Sequence record: NC_048731.1
DNA: 64,000 bases
Source of the DNA: Escherichia phage fp01
Direction: 5' to 3' (one strand)
The notes under the pieces are model-generated. The model saw only the letters and a list, made by a program, of their open reading frames with translations, was not told the DNA's origin and made no database searches. The translations under genes were made by a program, and so were the position numbers. This document shows, piece after piece, positions 51,918-60,615 of this stretch (position 1 is its first letter; every line of letters starts with the position of its first letter).

Positions 51918-52184
51918 ATGAAAAAGTTTGTGATTGCACTAGTTGCCGCAGTTATGTTATCTGGTTGTGCACCTGCTCCCAAACCATTTTGTACTGGATT
52001 TGTAAAATCTTTTGGTGGTGCGGGAGAAGAACATTACGGTCTCAAGATTCAAAAAGTTCGTATTAAGGGAGATCGCTTCCCAGTAGTACAGCTCCGTACT
52101 AAGTTTGGGTGGTGGGATCTCAGTCAGTTTGACCTTAAATATGGTGATTGTAAATTTAAACTAGAGCAATCTAACTACCTGTAA
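51918..52184 (+). CDS. llp: superinfection-exclusion lipoprotein (Llp-like)
   Basis: Signal peptide with lipobox LSGC; small size; divergent from the receptor-binding gene; own early promoter. Confidence 0.6.
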   Translation: MKKFVIALVAAVMLSGCAPAPKPFCTGFVKSFGGAGEEHYGLKIQKVRIKGDRFPVVQLRTKFGWWDLSQFDLKYGDCKFKLEQSNYL

Positions 52185-52359
52185 TTAGTATAAAGCAAAA
52201 AGACATCCAAGTAAACTAAATTTTTTATTTTTTGGATGGTATATTGGCAGAAACCACTATGCAAGAAAAGTAGAAGTCCTTCTAGGAAGTCACGAGTATG
52301 GTTGGTTATGCACAAACTATAAAATATTCCAAATACAACATTTACGGGGCACGAAAGTT

Positions 52360-52488
52360 ATGTCAAATAAAAGAAAGAGCAGACGCGGAGAAGTGTATGA
52401 TAGCTGGATAAATAGTTTTGGGTTCGGAACTATCTTATTCTTTATTTTCGTAGGTTTTTGGTTAGCAGCTATGGCGGGGTGGATTTAA
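52360..52488 (+). CDS. small membrane peptide (42 aa)
   Basis: C-terminal hydrophobic helix ILFFIFVGFWLAAMAGWI; stop overlaps next start (TAATG). Confidence 0.35.
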   Translation: MSNKRKSRRGEVYDSWINSFGFGTILFFIFVGFWLAAMAGWI

Positions 52489-52592
52489 TGGGAGTAGTAA
52501 TTATTGTTTTACTAATTATTGTAATTCTAGGGCAATGTGTCTTGGATAACCACTTAGCTCGTATTGAACGTAAGCTGCGGGAATATAAATAA
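52488..52592 (+). CDS. small membrane peptide (34 aa)
   Basis: N-terminal hydrophobic helix GVVIIVLLIIVILG; TAATG overlaps on both sides. Confidence 0.35.
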   Translation: MGVVIIVLLIIVILGQCVLDNHLARIERKLREYK

Positions 52593-52837
52593 TGTTTAGT
52601 ATTATAATTGCTTTTATTATCGGGATACTCGCGGGAGTTTTCGGGACGACTGCGGCAATCAACAAGCATCGTAAATATATTGCGGGAGTGACGCGGGAGA
52701 TTGCGGAAAGGGAGCGGAAGTTTGACGAGAAACGTGCGGAGTTTGAGCGAGAGTGGTCGGATGGATCTCGGGCGTCGCGGAAGAGATTCCGTGAGTTCAG
52801 GCCAGAACACAGGTTTGATGACCCTTCTATGCGCTAA
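52592..52837 (+). CDS. small membrane protein with charged Arg/Glu-rich tail (81 aa)
   Basis: N-terminal TM helix FSIIIAFIIGILAGVFG then highly charged tail. Confidence 0.4.
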   Translation: MFSIIIAFIIGILAGVFGTTAAINKHRKYIAGVTREIAERERKFDEKRAEFEREWSDGSRASRKRFREFRPEHRFDDPSMR

Positions 52838-52947
52838 TTTGACTTTTGCCAAATTTCATAAGATTACACATGGAGGTGTGCCCAGTGGGTTGGGGGAGAA
52901 TACTTAGTCTGCTAACCGCCACCCCCGTTACTATTACCTTGCTAACT

Positions 52948-52986
52948 GTTTCATCCTGTAACCATTTTAATTACAGGATGAAACTA
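52948..52986. promoter_or_regulatory. perfect hairpin downstream of dmp-like gene
   Basis: gtttcatcctgtaa-ccatttta-ttacaggatgaaac, 14-bp perfect stem; no clear U-tract. Confidence 0.4.
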
Positions 52987-53001
52987 TGTCAACTTTAATT
53001 A

Positions 53002-53736
53002 TTACGCAACTTTTAATTTCTCAATATATTGTTGCGGGCTGCAACTATATTCTGCGCGTTCTTCCTCGGTCATACTTTCCCAACATAATTTCAAACGATC
53101 GGCTAGGAACTGATAATCATTATCATCCTCGAGGGATTCATCAATAAAGGTTCCGCCTATCAATGCCACGCCGATTGATAGAATATCATTAACGGCTTGC
53201 GCATCTAGCGTTTTAAATCCATATGACGCAGCCGCTGATAATACACCTTTATGATCATCAATCATTGTAAAATCAGCGTTCGGATATAGCTGTTTAAATA
53301 ATTCAAAGTAATAACTTTTGTATACTGCGTCCTTGCTGTGGTATATCTCGCTAACCTTATCAGCCTCAAAATATTTATGCAGTGTATCGCGGGAAAATAC
53401 ACGGATATTACTATCACCACGCCCGCGCAATCCTTGTTTGCGCAAATAATAATAATCCGACTTGCTCATCAGCCGAGCGGTGCAAATAATGTTTAAAGTA
53501 TTTGAGTCATTCATACATTGGCGCATATATTCCACCAAAGGTAATAAGGTGTCTTGCATTATTAAATCATGTTTACACGCTTCATTTTTATACTTATTTA
53601 AATTTAAATTCCCGTCGCTATCAAAGCAAGGCGCTACACGATGGAAAGAATTAATGATAGTGCCGTCCAGATCCCAAATCATGACGCGGGAAATATGCGG
53701 GAAATTACGGGAAATATTCATAATAGCTTTATTCAT
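53002..53736 (-). CDS. dmp: HAD-family phosphatase, 5'-deoxynucleotidase (Dmp)-like
   Basis: HAD motif I IWDLDGTIINS, motif II-like ICTARL, motif IV-like MIDDHKG; 244 aa; location in pre-early region next to A1-like gene. Confidence 0.5.
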   Translation of the reverse strand: MNKAIMNISRNFPHISRVMIWDLDGTIINSFHRVAPCFDSDGNLNLNKYKNEACKHDLIMQDTLLPLVEYMRQCMNDSNTLNIICTARLMSKSDYYYLRKQGLRGRGDSNIRVFSRDTLHKYFEADKVSEIYHSKDAVYKSYYFELFKQLYPNADFTMIDDHKGVLSAAASYGFKTLDAQAVNDILSIGVALIGGTFIDESLEDDNDYQFLADRLKLCWESMTEEERAEYSCSPQQYIEKLKVA

Positions 53737-53815
53737 TTGTTACGTTCTCCATTAAAGGGATGTAGTTTATCCAGCACTGCCCGCTATTTATAAGCGGGCA
53801 ATAATAAATCAACTA

Positions 53816-54223
53816 TCAAAGACCATAAGCCAAAGCATCGGCGATAAAACTAATATCTTCGCCGGATATATGGGAACGAATACCCGCGCAGATATACACC
53901 TTTGCGCTTGATAGCTGATCATCAAAGCAAGCCGGACAAGGCGCGACAACTGCAAACGCAAGGCCAGCTTTCACGGCGTCAATGATAATCGTTTCTTGTT
54001 TCACCGTATCAACATAAACGCCTGCGGCCTTGATGTAACTACTTGCGCGGCCTTGCGTATAGGCGAAAGTCGTGATCTGTAGCGCCTCATTAAATTCGAT
54101 TAAATCATCAACAACGTGACCGGCCTCAACGTGATACCGCTCACCATTAGAATAAACCAGAACGATTGAGGATTGAGCGCGATCGAATGGAATATTTTGC
54201 TTTTTCATATTTATAAACTCCAA
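53816..54223 (-). CDS. hypothetical pre-early protein (A2-position)
   Basis: 135-aa ORF between A1-like and dmp-like genes; contains HVE...PCPAC. Confidence 0.4.
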   Translation of the reverse strand: MEFINMKKQNIPFDRAQSSIVLVYSNGERYHVEAGHVVDDLIEFNEALQITTFAYTQGRASSYIKAAGVYVDTVKQETIIIDAVKAGLAFAVVAPCPACFDDQLSSAKVYICAGIRSHISGEDISFIADALAYGL

Positions 54224-54274
54224 TTAATTTAATAAGGGGCATAAGCTGGAAGTATTTCCAGCTTATAAATTTAA

Positions 54275-55954
54275 TTATGCGAAAAATTTGCCGTTTTTAA
54301 AGTCAATCAAAGTGCGTTGCCCGTTGGCGTATGTAATTAAATGCGTTTGCGTCCAGCTTGACGCGCCAACGTTGTAACCCATATCCAGACTACCAGCTAC
54401 GCCAGCGGTATAAACGCCGCCATAAATGCTAGCGGTGTGAGTGTGTCCGGTGTTTAACTTGCCCAATTTCTTAAACTGCTTAGGATTGCCACGGCTGCCG
54501 TTTATGCCGTTATGACCGTGTACACCACACTCAATGCCTGCAATTTTGAATGATTGATCAGTCGTTAGGAAAATCGCGTTAAACTCGCAACCTGCGACGC
54601 TACGCAGCGCATAATCTAGCACGTTGAAAGTATCGTCATGATTACCGATTGCCGCGTAAATTGCAGCATTAAGGCGGTGATATAGTTCCGCATTGGCTGG
54701 GTCGTCTTTAATGTTAGCATTACGATCATCAAGCCAACGAGATAGCGCCAAATCGTGATTCGATTCAACAATGATCGTTTGACTAAAATCACGCTCCATC
54801 GATTCCAGCACGCGCCCGGTATCGATAAGATCATCAATAACCTTATCCCGTCCGGCTGCATACTGTTTCGCTAGAAATACACCGGAAGCGCGGTTATGAT
54901 GATTGCGCGATGTAAAATCATGCACGTCATGGATAAACTGATATTTAGGCTTGAGAATATCAAGCAAACTATTGTCGCCAGCCCATGACGCTGCGGCGCA
55001 CTCCTCATCTAATTTTTCGGCGTGAATGTCACCATACTGTAAGCCTAAAACATGCCCCGATGTTTCATAGCATCCGGCGGGAGTAGCGCAAACATTCAGA
55101 TCATAAAACACCCCGCTTTCATCCATTGTTTCAAGCTGGCGAACAAAAAATTCACCGTCCTCATCGAACTCGACAATCAGCGCACCAAAGTTATGAAGTG
55201 CTTCCGCTTTCTGTCCTGCTTTCTGCTGAATGTAGTTTTTGAGTGTTGCCGTTCCGGTTGAATACATGCGGCGCACCACTTCACCTTTTAAAGCTGGGAC
55301 GCTTTCGGCGGTGATTTTAGCGTGACCAATTGCCAGACCCTCGATATTTAAAGCCGTTGCAGTTTCTGCAAATCCAGAAAGCGGATAATCTGCGGTTGGC
55401 AAAACATTAATTTCAGCCATGAAAGCAAAACGGCGGTTATTTAAAAACACGTTTTTGCTGCAAATATACTTATCAAAAGCGGAATCATATTTGATTCCGT
55501 CAGCACCTTCCCCATTTTGGAATCCGTTTTTATTATAAATATACTTAGAAACAAGCAAATCAGCGCCGATAAATTTGGCATATTGTTCAAGCGAGGACAA
55601 AAAGTTTTTATGCGGGAAAGTATTATTCTGAATCGATGTAATAATAAAGCGTTTGCCTTGTTTTACTTCCCACTGTTCCACGGTACTAGAAACAATTCCA
55701 GCCGCTTCGGGGCGCTCATCGTTTTTAATGGCTTTTACCGCTTTCGCCGCTTTCGGTTTAGCTGGTTTATTTGCTTCCAGCCAGTCGCAGATAGCGGTTG
55801 AATGTTTTGCAGTATCGTAAACCGCTTTTGATATATCGTCGCAGACCTCCAATTTAGTAGCGCGCAGACGTTTACCATAGAAATTAAAGTCAGCGGCTAG
55901 TTTCAGGATAGCGGTTTGTTTTTCTGCGGAAAAAATCATAGTAATAAACTCCAT
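54275..55954 (-). CDS. A1: A1-like pre-early protein with metallophosphoesterase-type nuclease motifs
   Basis: 559 aa; calcineurin-like motifs GDIHAE and GHTH; GC-rich composition; position matches T5 A1. Confidence 0.55.
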   Translation of the reverse strand: MEFITMIFSAEKQTAILKLAADFNFYGKRLRATKLEVCDDISKAVYDTAKHSTAICDWLEANKPAKPKAAKAVKAIKNDERPEAAGIVSSTVEQWEVKQGKRFIITSIQNNTFPHKNFLSSLEQYAKFIGADLLVSKYIYNKNGFQNGEGADGIKYDSAFDKYICSKNVFLNNRRFAFMAEINVLPTADYPLSGFAETATALNIEGLAIGHAKITAESVPALKGEVVRRMYSTGTATLKNYIQQKAGQKAEALHNFGALIVEFDEDGEFFVRQLETMDESGVFYDLNVCATPAGCYETSGHVLGLQYGDIHAEKLDEECAAASWAGDNSLLDILKPKYQFIHDVHDFTSRNHHNRASGVFLAKQYAAGRDKVIDDLIDTGRVLESMERDFSQTIIVESNHDLALSRWLDDRNANIKDDPANAELYHRLNAAIYAAIGNHDDTFNVLDYALRSVAGCEFNAIFLTTDQSFKIAGIECGVHGHNGINGSRGNPKQFKKLGKLNTGHTHTASIYGGVYTAGVAGSLDMGYNVGASSWTQTHLITYANGQRTLIDFKNGKFFA

Positions 55955-56033
55955 TAAAGGGATAAAAAACGTTTGTTATTGGCAATATTGCCAGATATAA
56001 CGCCTTGAATAATAGGCGTTATAATTTGCAACA

Positions 56034-56231
56034 TTAATTTAAAGGCATAAGGCTAGAACTAACACCACAAACAACGGCGGCAATAAAACAAATCAGACCT
56101 AAACGCTTCGCTAACTTAGATTTGCGTTTAAAATAATACGAATCTAAGTCATTTTGAAAATATGCGAACAATAACGAGGCCGCCATAATAAATAGTCCTA
56201 GAATCAGCGATTCAGTAGGGTAAAAGATCAT
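56034..56231 (-). CDS. small membrane protein
   Basis: Two hydrophobic helices; start set to internal ATG with RBS TGGAG. Confidence 0.35.
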   Translation of the reverse strand: MIFYPTESLILGLFIMAASLLFAYFQNDLDSYYFKRKSKLAKRLGLICFIAAVVCGVSSSLMPLN

Positions 56232-56288
56232 TTTAATAACTCCAGTTAAAGGGAAATTATAGTGGGGAATAATCCCCACTAGTTAAAT

Positions 56289-56696
56289 TTATTCACCTGC
56301 GGCCTGTTTTACTTCATCGGCAACGCCTAACAACTGCGCCACGGCGTCCAGCGTTTCCAGTTTCGCGCTTTCAAGGCTTGCCAGATCATCGGCGTCTTTG
56401 ATAATGCCGGAATCAATAGCGTGTTTTGCAATTACTCGCACATAATGAGCCTTGCGGATTGAACTGCCGCCGCCAACTTTGCGCGGCTTATCGCTTTTTT
56501 GATAGGCTTTCGCGCTGGTCAATTTTGAGCGAACGGATACGGGAGAAGTCGCGCCCACTGCCTTTGCAATCTCTTTCAGGCCGTCGCTATTTGCAAATTC
56601 TAAACCGTTTTCGTTGATTAACTGCTGATACAGGGTAACAGCTTTTTGGGTGTTGTCTTCATTCCAAGTGAATTTTGCGGTTTTTGCGTTAGTCAT
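56289..56696 (-). CDS. hypothetical pre-early protein
   Basis: 135-aa ORF, E. coli-like codons, RBS GGAG. Confidence 0.45.
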   Translation of the reverse strand: MTNAKTAKFTWNEDNTQKAVTLYQQLINENGLEFANSDGLKEIAKAVGATSPVSVRSKLTSAKAYQKSDKPRKVGGGSSIRKAHYVRVIAKHAIDSGIIKDADDLASLESAKLETLDAVAQLLGVADEVKQAAGE

Positions 56697-56794
56697 GGTA
56701 AAAACTCCAATTAATTTAATTTAAGGGATTAGATTAACTAATGTTAATCGTTATAACCCTCCTTATTCTAGGAGGGTATAAAGTTAACACTAAT

Positions 56795-57046
56795 TTATAA
56801 TACAGCTTCCCATTTTTCGTTGCGTTGAACAACCTTTACAACATCGCCTGATTTAACGCGAACGTTATAAACGGTTTTGCCGTTGTTACTGCGTTCTGTT
56901 TCAGCGTATACCGCGTCGATTGTATCGAACGGCATAAGCGCCGCGCCTTTAATACGTTCGGCCTTTCCGGTTAATTCATCCGTTTTAGTAACGAAAGGAA
57001 TAAAAACGGATTGACCAATTTTAGGCGTGGTAATAACGTTTTGCAT
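56795..57046 (-). CDS. hypothetical pre-early protein
   Basis: 83-aa ORF with RBS GGAG. Confidence 0.4.
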   Translation of the reverse strand: MQNVITTPKIGQSVFIPFVTKTDELTGKAERIKGAALMPFDTIDAVYAETERSNNGKTVYNVRVKSGDVVKVVQRNEKWEAVL

Positions 57047-57246
57047 AATATAGACTCCAGTTTATTCAGTGGATTGTTCCGCATTACCTGCTAGAAAATA
57101 ACAGGTAATAAGAAAAAATCCGCTCGCCATTATAAAATCAAATTAAAGAACTCCACGCGGGCCGCTATATCCCAGTTAGGGGGCGAGACACATTATGGTA
57201 AGTGCCGACCGTCAAATTGTATCAAGTTATCGCTCTTTTCGAACTG

Positions 57247-57271
57247 GGTATATCTTAAAAGCCCATCGGCT
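57247..57271. repeat. left arm of a 25-bp inverted repeat flanking a two-gene cassette
   Basis: GGGTATATCTTAAAAGCCCATCGGC; reverse complement with one mismatch at 57670-57694. Confidence 0.8.
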
Positions 57272-57277
57272 AGGTTG

Positions 57278-57478
57278 TCAAACTATTTTTTGCAGTTTTT
57301 TATGATTTTCCTTCAGGTCAATCATAATATTACGCCAGATCATTTCTAAACCTTGCTGGCGCCCTTTCTTGTACTGCGTGAAGCGGTATTTTACCGATCT
57401 TTGCGCTACTGTCAATAATTTTTTAGTTTCGCTATCCAGTGCCTTGCTAGGTTTACCAGTGATCAATAGAGTTTGCAT
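57278..57478 (-). CDS. hypothetical small basic protein
   Basis: 66 aa, Lys/Arg-rich; start overlaps upstream stop (TAATG). Confidence 0.35.
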   Translation of the reverse strand: MQTLLITGKPSKALDSETKKLLTVAQRSVKYRFTQYKKGRQQGLEMIWRNIMIDLKENHKKLQKIV

Positions 57479-57636
57479 TATTTGAGATCCTCCAAAGCGT
57501 ATAAACCTTTGCCATCATTGCAGATTATTACTGCTTCTGAATAGGTGGCATGATATTCGTTTGCCGCTTTTACCCATTGCTCGATCTTTTCGATCGTGTC
57601 GTGGGTAGCTGGATGATCGTTATATATTGTTTGCAT
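57478..57636 (-). CDS. hypothetical small acidic protein
   Basis: 52-aa ORF found by hand (below the track length cut-off); RBS AAGGA 9 nt upstream; translationally coupled to the next gene. Confidence 0.3.
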   Translation of the reverse strand: MQTIYNDHPATHDTIEKIEQWVKAANEYHATYSEAVIICNDGKGLYALEDLK

Positions 57637-57669
57637 ATCGTCGATTCCTTATAATGAATAAGTTTACCG

Positions 57670-57694
57670 CCGATAGGCTTTTAAGATATACCCA
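57670..57694. repeat. right arm of the 25-bp inverted repeat
   Basis: GCCGATAGGCTTTTAAGATATACCC; embedded in a local palindrome agtttaccgccg...cggcggtaaact. Confidence 0.8.
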
Positions 57695-58148
57695 ATTTTT
57701 AAAGAGCGCGGCGGTAAACTCCCCGCCGTGTAGTTCGTCATTGCCGCCCTACGAGATAAATAATAACAAACAACGAAAAAGGCGCAACCTTATATTTGTA
57801 AAGAAATGTAAAGACAAAATCCACCGGACACCGTGCGGCGATCTGGGCGCGACGGCCTAAAATTAAAAGAAACGGGCGCGCGAATACCACAAAACACAGC
57901 AGATAAGCAAGTAATTTTTTCATTTATATTTGCTTTGCCCTACTTGACAAAATCTAAAAAGCTCGTGGCGACGATAAACGACGTGGCCCCTTATGATTGG
58001 ATGGCTAAAAACTTTACTGCGTTCTGGGGCGTTTCAGGCCGCTTATTTTCGACTTAACAAATCATTAACAAACGCAAAATTGAAAAATAGTTGGAAAAGG
58101 TCTTGACTTTTAAAAATCAAGACCAAATGACTTAATTTATTAAATTAA

Positions 58149-58667
58149 TTAATTGACAATTCCAAATTCAGCTTTTTTAGTTTCAAGCCATAATAATAAC
58201 TCTTGTAAATCATAACCTGACTTACTAACACGCTTGTTAGTAATAGGATTCTTAATTTGAGCAGTCAAATAGTCACGCCCGTAACTATCACGGGGGCGAA
58301 CTTTATTAACGTAAATGTTTTTAGGGATACCATTAGCACGCTTACAGTTTTCATACTCACTAGGAGTACGATTATAATTATTCTGCGAACTATCAACCGC
58401 GCGAAGATTCCAGATGTTATTATTACGAGTGTTACGATCGATATGATCAATCATTAGCTCGCTATCTATACCGCCATTCATTATACAAAAGATAATTCTA
58501 TGTACTTTTAACTGTCCCATGCCTAATAGTTCAACTTGCCAATAATTACCATTTAAACCACCTGCGACGGCGTGATCTTCCCGCCAACGTAAAAATGATA
58601 ACGCTGTTTCATCATAATAAAAGTAACTATTAAAAAGATCATAATCTATATCTTTATATTTACCCAT
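58149..58667 (-). CDS. HNH homing endonuclease
   Basis: HNH signature MIDHIDRNTRNNNIWNLRAV (H-x-D...N...N); AT-rich codons unlike the GC-richer neighbours. Confidence 0.65.
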   Translation of the reverse strand: MGKYKDIDYDLFNSYFYYDETALSFLRWREDHAVAGGLNGNYWQVELLGMGQLKVHRIIFCIMNGGIDSELMIDHIDRNTRNNNIWNLRAVDSSQNNYNRTPSEYENCKRANGIPKNIYVNKVRPRDSYGRDYLTAQIKNPITNKRVSKSGYDLQELLLWLETKKAEFGIVN

Positions 58668-58931
58668 TGTTATAGTTTCCTTATGTTATTAATTTAATCT
58701 CTATTATATTATATCAAAACAATTAGCAGACTAGCTAATGAGTTTTTCAGGTTTAATTAGCAGACTCATAATCACTCTAAAAACCTATTAGCCAACTAAC
58801 TATATTTTATTATATAATAACTGTATAAATTAGTTAGTGAGAACCACTATCATTTAAGTTACCCACAGCCTTATACATTTTGTAAAATAATTTGACACAA
58901 TAGGCGGCGATATGAGGGCTTTTACACAGAC

Positions 58932-58940
58932 TTATCCACA
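58932..58940 (+). promoter_or_regulatory. consensus DnaA box
   Basis: TTATCCACA exact match to the DnaA box consensus. Confidence 0.5.
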
Positions 58941-58950
58941 GGTTATTCCA

Positions 58951-58966
58951 CTGTATAAATATACAG
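58951..58966. promoter_or_regulatory. LexA (SOS) box-like palindrome
   Basis: CTGTATAAATATACAG fits CTGT-(AT-rich 8)-ACAG. Confidence 0.4.
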
Positions 58967-59232
58967 GGTAAAAAGGTAGTGTTAACAACTGCAATCAATT
59001 TTAAGCGGCCTAAAACGCTTTCTAACGAGCTAAACGCTGCGGGGTAGTATTAAAGTAAAGCCTTCACCCGTCGGCCTGGTGGCTTCGCCGTGTCTTGCTC
59101 TTTACTACACCGCTGCGCGGTTAGCATAAAACTAGGTGTTAGGCAAGGAAAATAAAAAAGTAAAATAATCTTTGCCTATGCTAGAAAATTACCCTTATCA
59201 TTCACTCACCGATTAACGAGGGAGGCCAACAA

Positions 59233-60219
59233 ATGCGGCTATATAAACCAGATAACGCAACCGTCTTAAAAGGTGCGCTGCGTAACCTGCTGGACGGTAG
59301 CAGAACAACCAGCATTAAACATTTTGTTTTCAATATTGAAACTATTCATCAAAACTTTTTTGATGATTATGATGCTTACAATATGAATAGTTTTCTACCG
59401 TTATATAAGCAAGGGGCAACGCTTGTTTTATATAATCAGGATTATCAATTACTTACTAGTAGGGGGCCGGATACTGATTTCATAGTCGTAAAAGGCAACA
59501 CAGTAAAAGCCTATGATACTGGGGCGGGCTTAGAAGTTTTTTCAATAGAAAACTATGAAGCCAATGATAATGATCTTTATGACGTAGAAAATTTTCTTGA
59601 TTCATTTTGGCGTTATTTATCAGTTGGCTGGAATCGGTCGGATTCTGATGGGTATCGTTTTGCGGCTATAATGGCCTTTGATGATAACGGTAATTTTTTG
59701 CTACCGTCGGAGTTATATAATCGGGTATATGAAGGCGATATTGTTGACGCCGGATTTTCTTTCGAAAGGGAAGAAAGTATTGACAGTATAGAAAAACATG
59801 CTGTAAATTCTAACACTAAAAGCGTTCACACTCAAACTACTGAAAACAAAGGAAAAAATGCCATGACCAAGATCGCTAACATCGTTGCCGCCAATAAGTC
59901 TGCCGTTGTAAACGCTGCAAAACTGGAAGCGGGTAAAATTGCACTGACTCAAATTACGAAAGTAGCGGCTAAAAAAGCACCGTTCATGATCAAAGGCTAT
60001 ATTGATACGCCGATTGGTCGTGTAGTGATCGCTAACCTGCTGAGTGTAGCGGTTGACCAGTACGCCCCGAGTAACCAGAAAGCGAAAGCGGTAGCAGGGG
60101 CGGCTATGGAAGCGGCGATGTTGGAAATGGTGCAAAGTTTTAACATCGCTGAGATGATTGATGAAATGGTAAAAGGTATCGATATTTCTACTTTCACCAC
60201 TAACACCGAAAGCGAGTAA
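59233..60219 (+). CDS. hypothetical pre-early protein (328 aa), two-part composition
   Basis: RBS GAGGGAGG; C-terminal third Ala-rich with E. coli-like codons. Confidence 0.45.
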   Translation: MRLYKPDNATVLKGALRNLLDGSRTTSIKHFVFNIETIHQNFFDDYDAYNMNSFLPLYKQGATLVLYNQDYQLLTSRGPDTDFIVVKGNTVKAYDTGAGLEVFSIENYEANDNDLYDVENFLDSFWRYLSVGWNRSDSDGYRFAAIMAFDDNGNFLLPSELYNRVYEGDIVDAGFSFEREESIDSIEKHAVNSNTKSVHTQTTENKGKNAMTKIANIVAANKSAVVNAAKLEAGKIALTQITKVAAKKAPFMIKGYIDTPIGRVVIANLLSVAVDQYAPSNQKAKAVAGAAMEAAMLEMVQSFNIAEMIDEMVKGIDISTFTTNTESE

Positions 60220-60283
60220 TAATAACTAGCGGGGTAACAATCCCCGCTTTACTATTCCCTTGTTAATTAATAGGAGGCTAATT

Positions 60284-60601
60284 ATGCAGCTTAACAAAAA
60301 AATGCTAGAACAATTGCGGGGTAGAATCCAGCGCGATGACTACCCTCACATTAATTATTCTTCGGAAGTAGTAGACACTGCCGATTCATGGAAAAAAGCA
60401 GGTTACCCCTATGTATGGCAACATGCAGAAAGCGCAAACGGATTCCATGCCTTTCGTGATTTAGGTCATGGAAAACTTTGCGTTTTTAAAGGTGAGTTAT
60501 TAATAGGAGTATCAGAATCGGAAGTAATCACGGATGAGGTTGTATTCTTAGACAATGACCAATATGAAACAGGCAATCAGTTTTATTTTCCCGCTAATTA
60601 A
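60284..60601 (+). CDS. hypothetical protein
   Basis: Start at ATG 60284 behind TTAATTAATAGGAGGCTAATT; the track start at 60260 lacks an RBS. Confidence 0.4.
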   Translation: MQLNKKMLEQLRGRIQRDDYPHINYSSEVVDTADSWKKAGYPYVWQHAESANGFHAFRDLGHGKLCVFKGELLIGVSESEVITDEVVFLDNDQYETGNQFYFPAN

Positions 60602-60615
60602 TAGGAGGCTAATTA

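Noticed and set aside
52469-52852. 127-aa minus-strand ORF overlapping the small membrane ORFs
   Set aside because: Arg/Pro-rich low-complexity translation with no RBS, antisense to three well-formed overlapping ORFs; probably spurious
53816-54223. Cytidine-deaminase-like zinc motif (HVE...PCPAC) in the 135-aa pre-early protein
   Set aside because: The spacing between H-x-E and PCxxC is about 64 residues, roughly twice the usual, and there is no other supporting motif; noted only as a weak possibility
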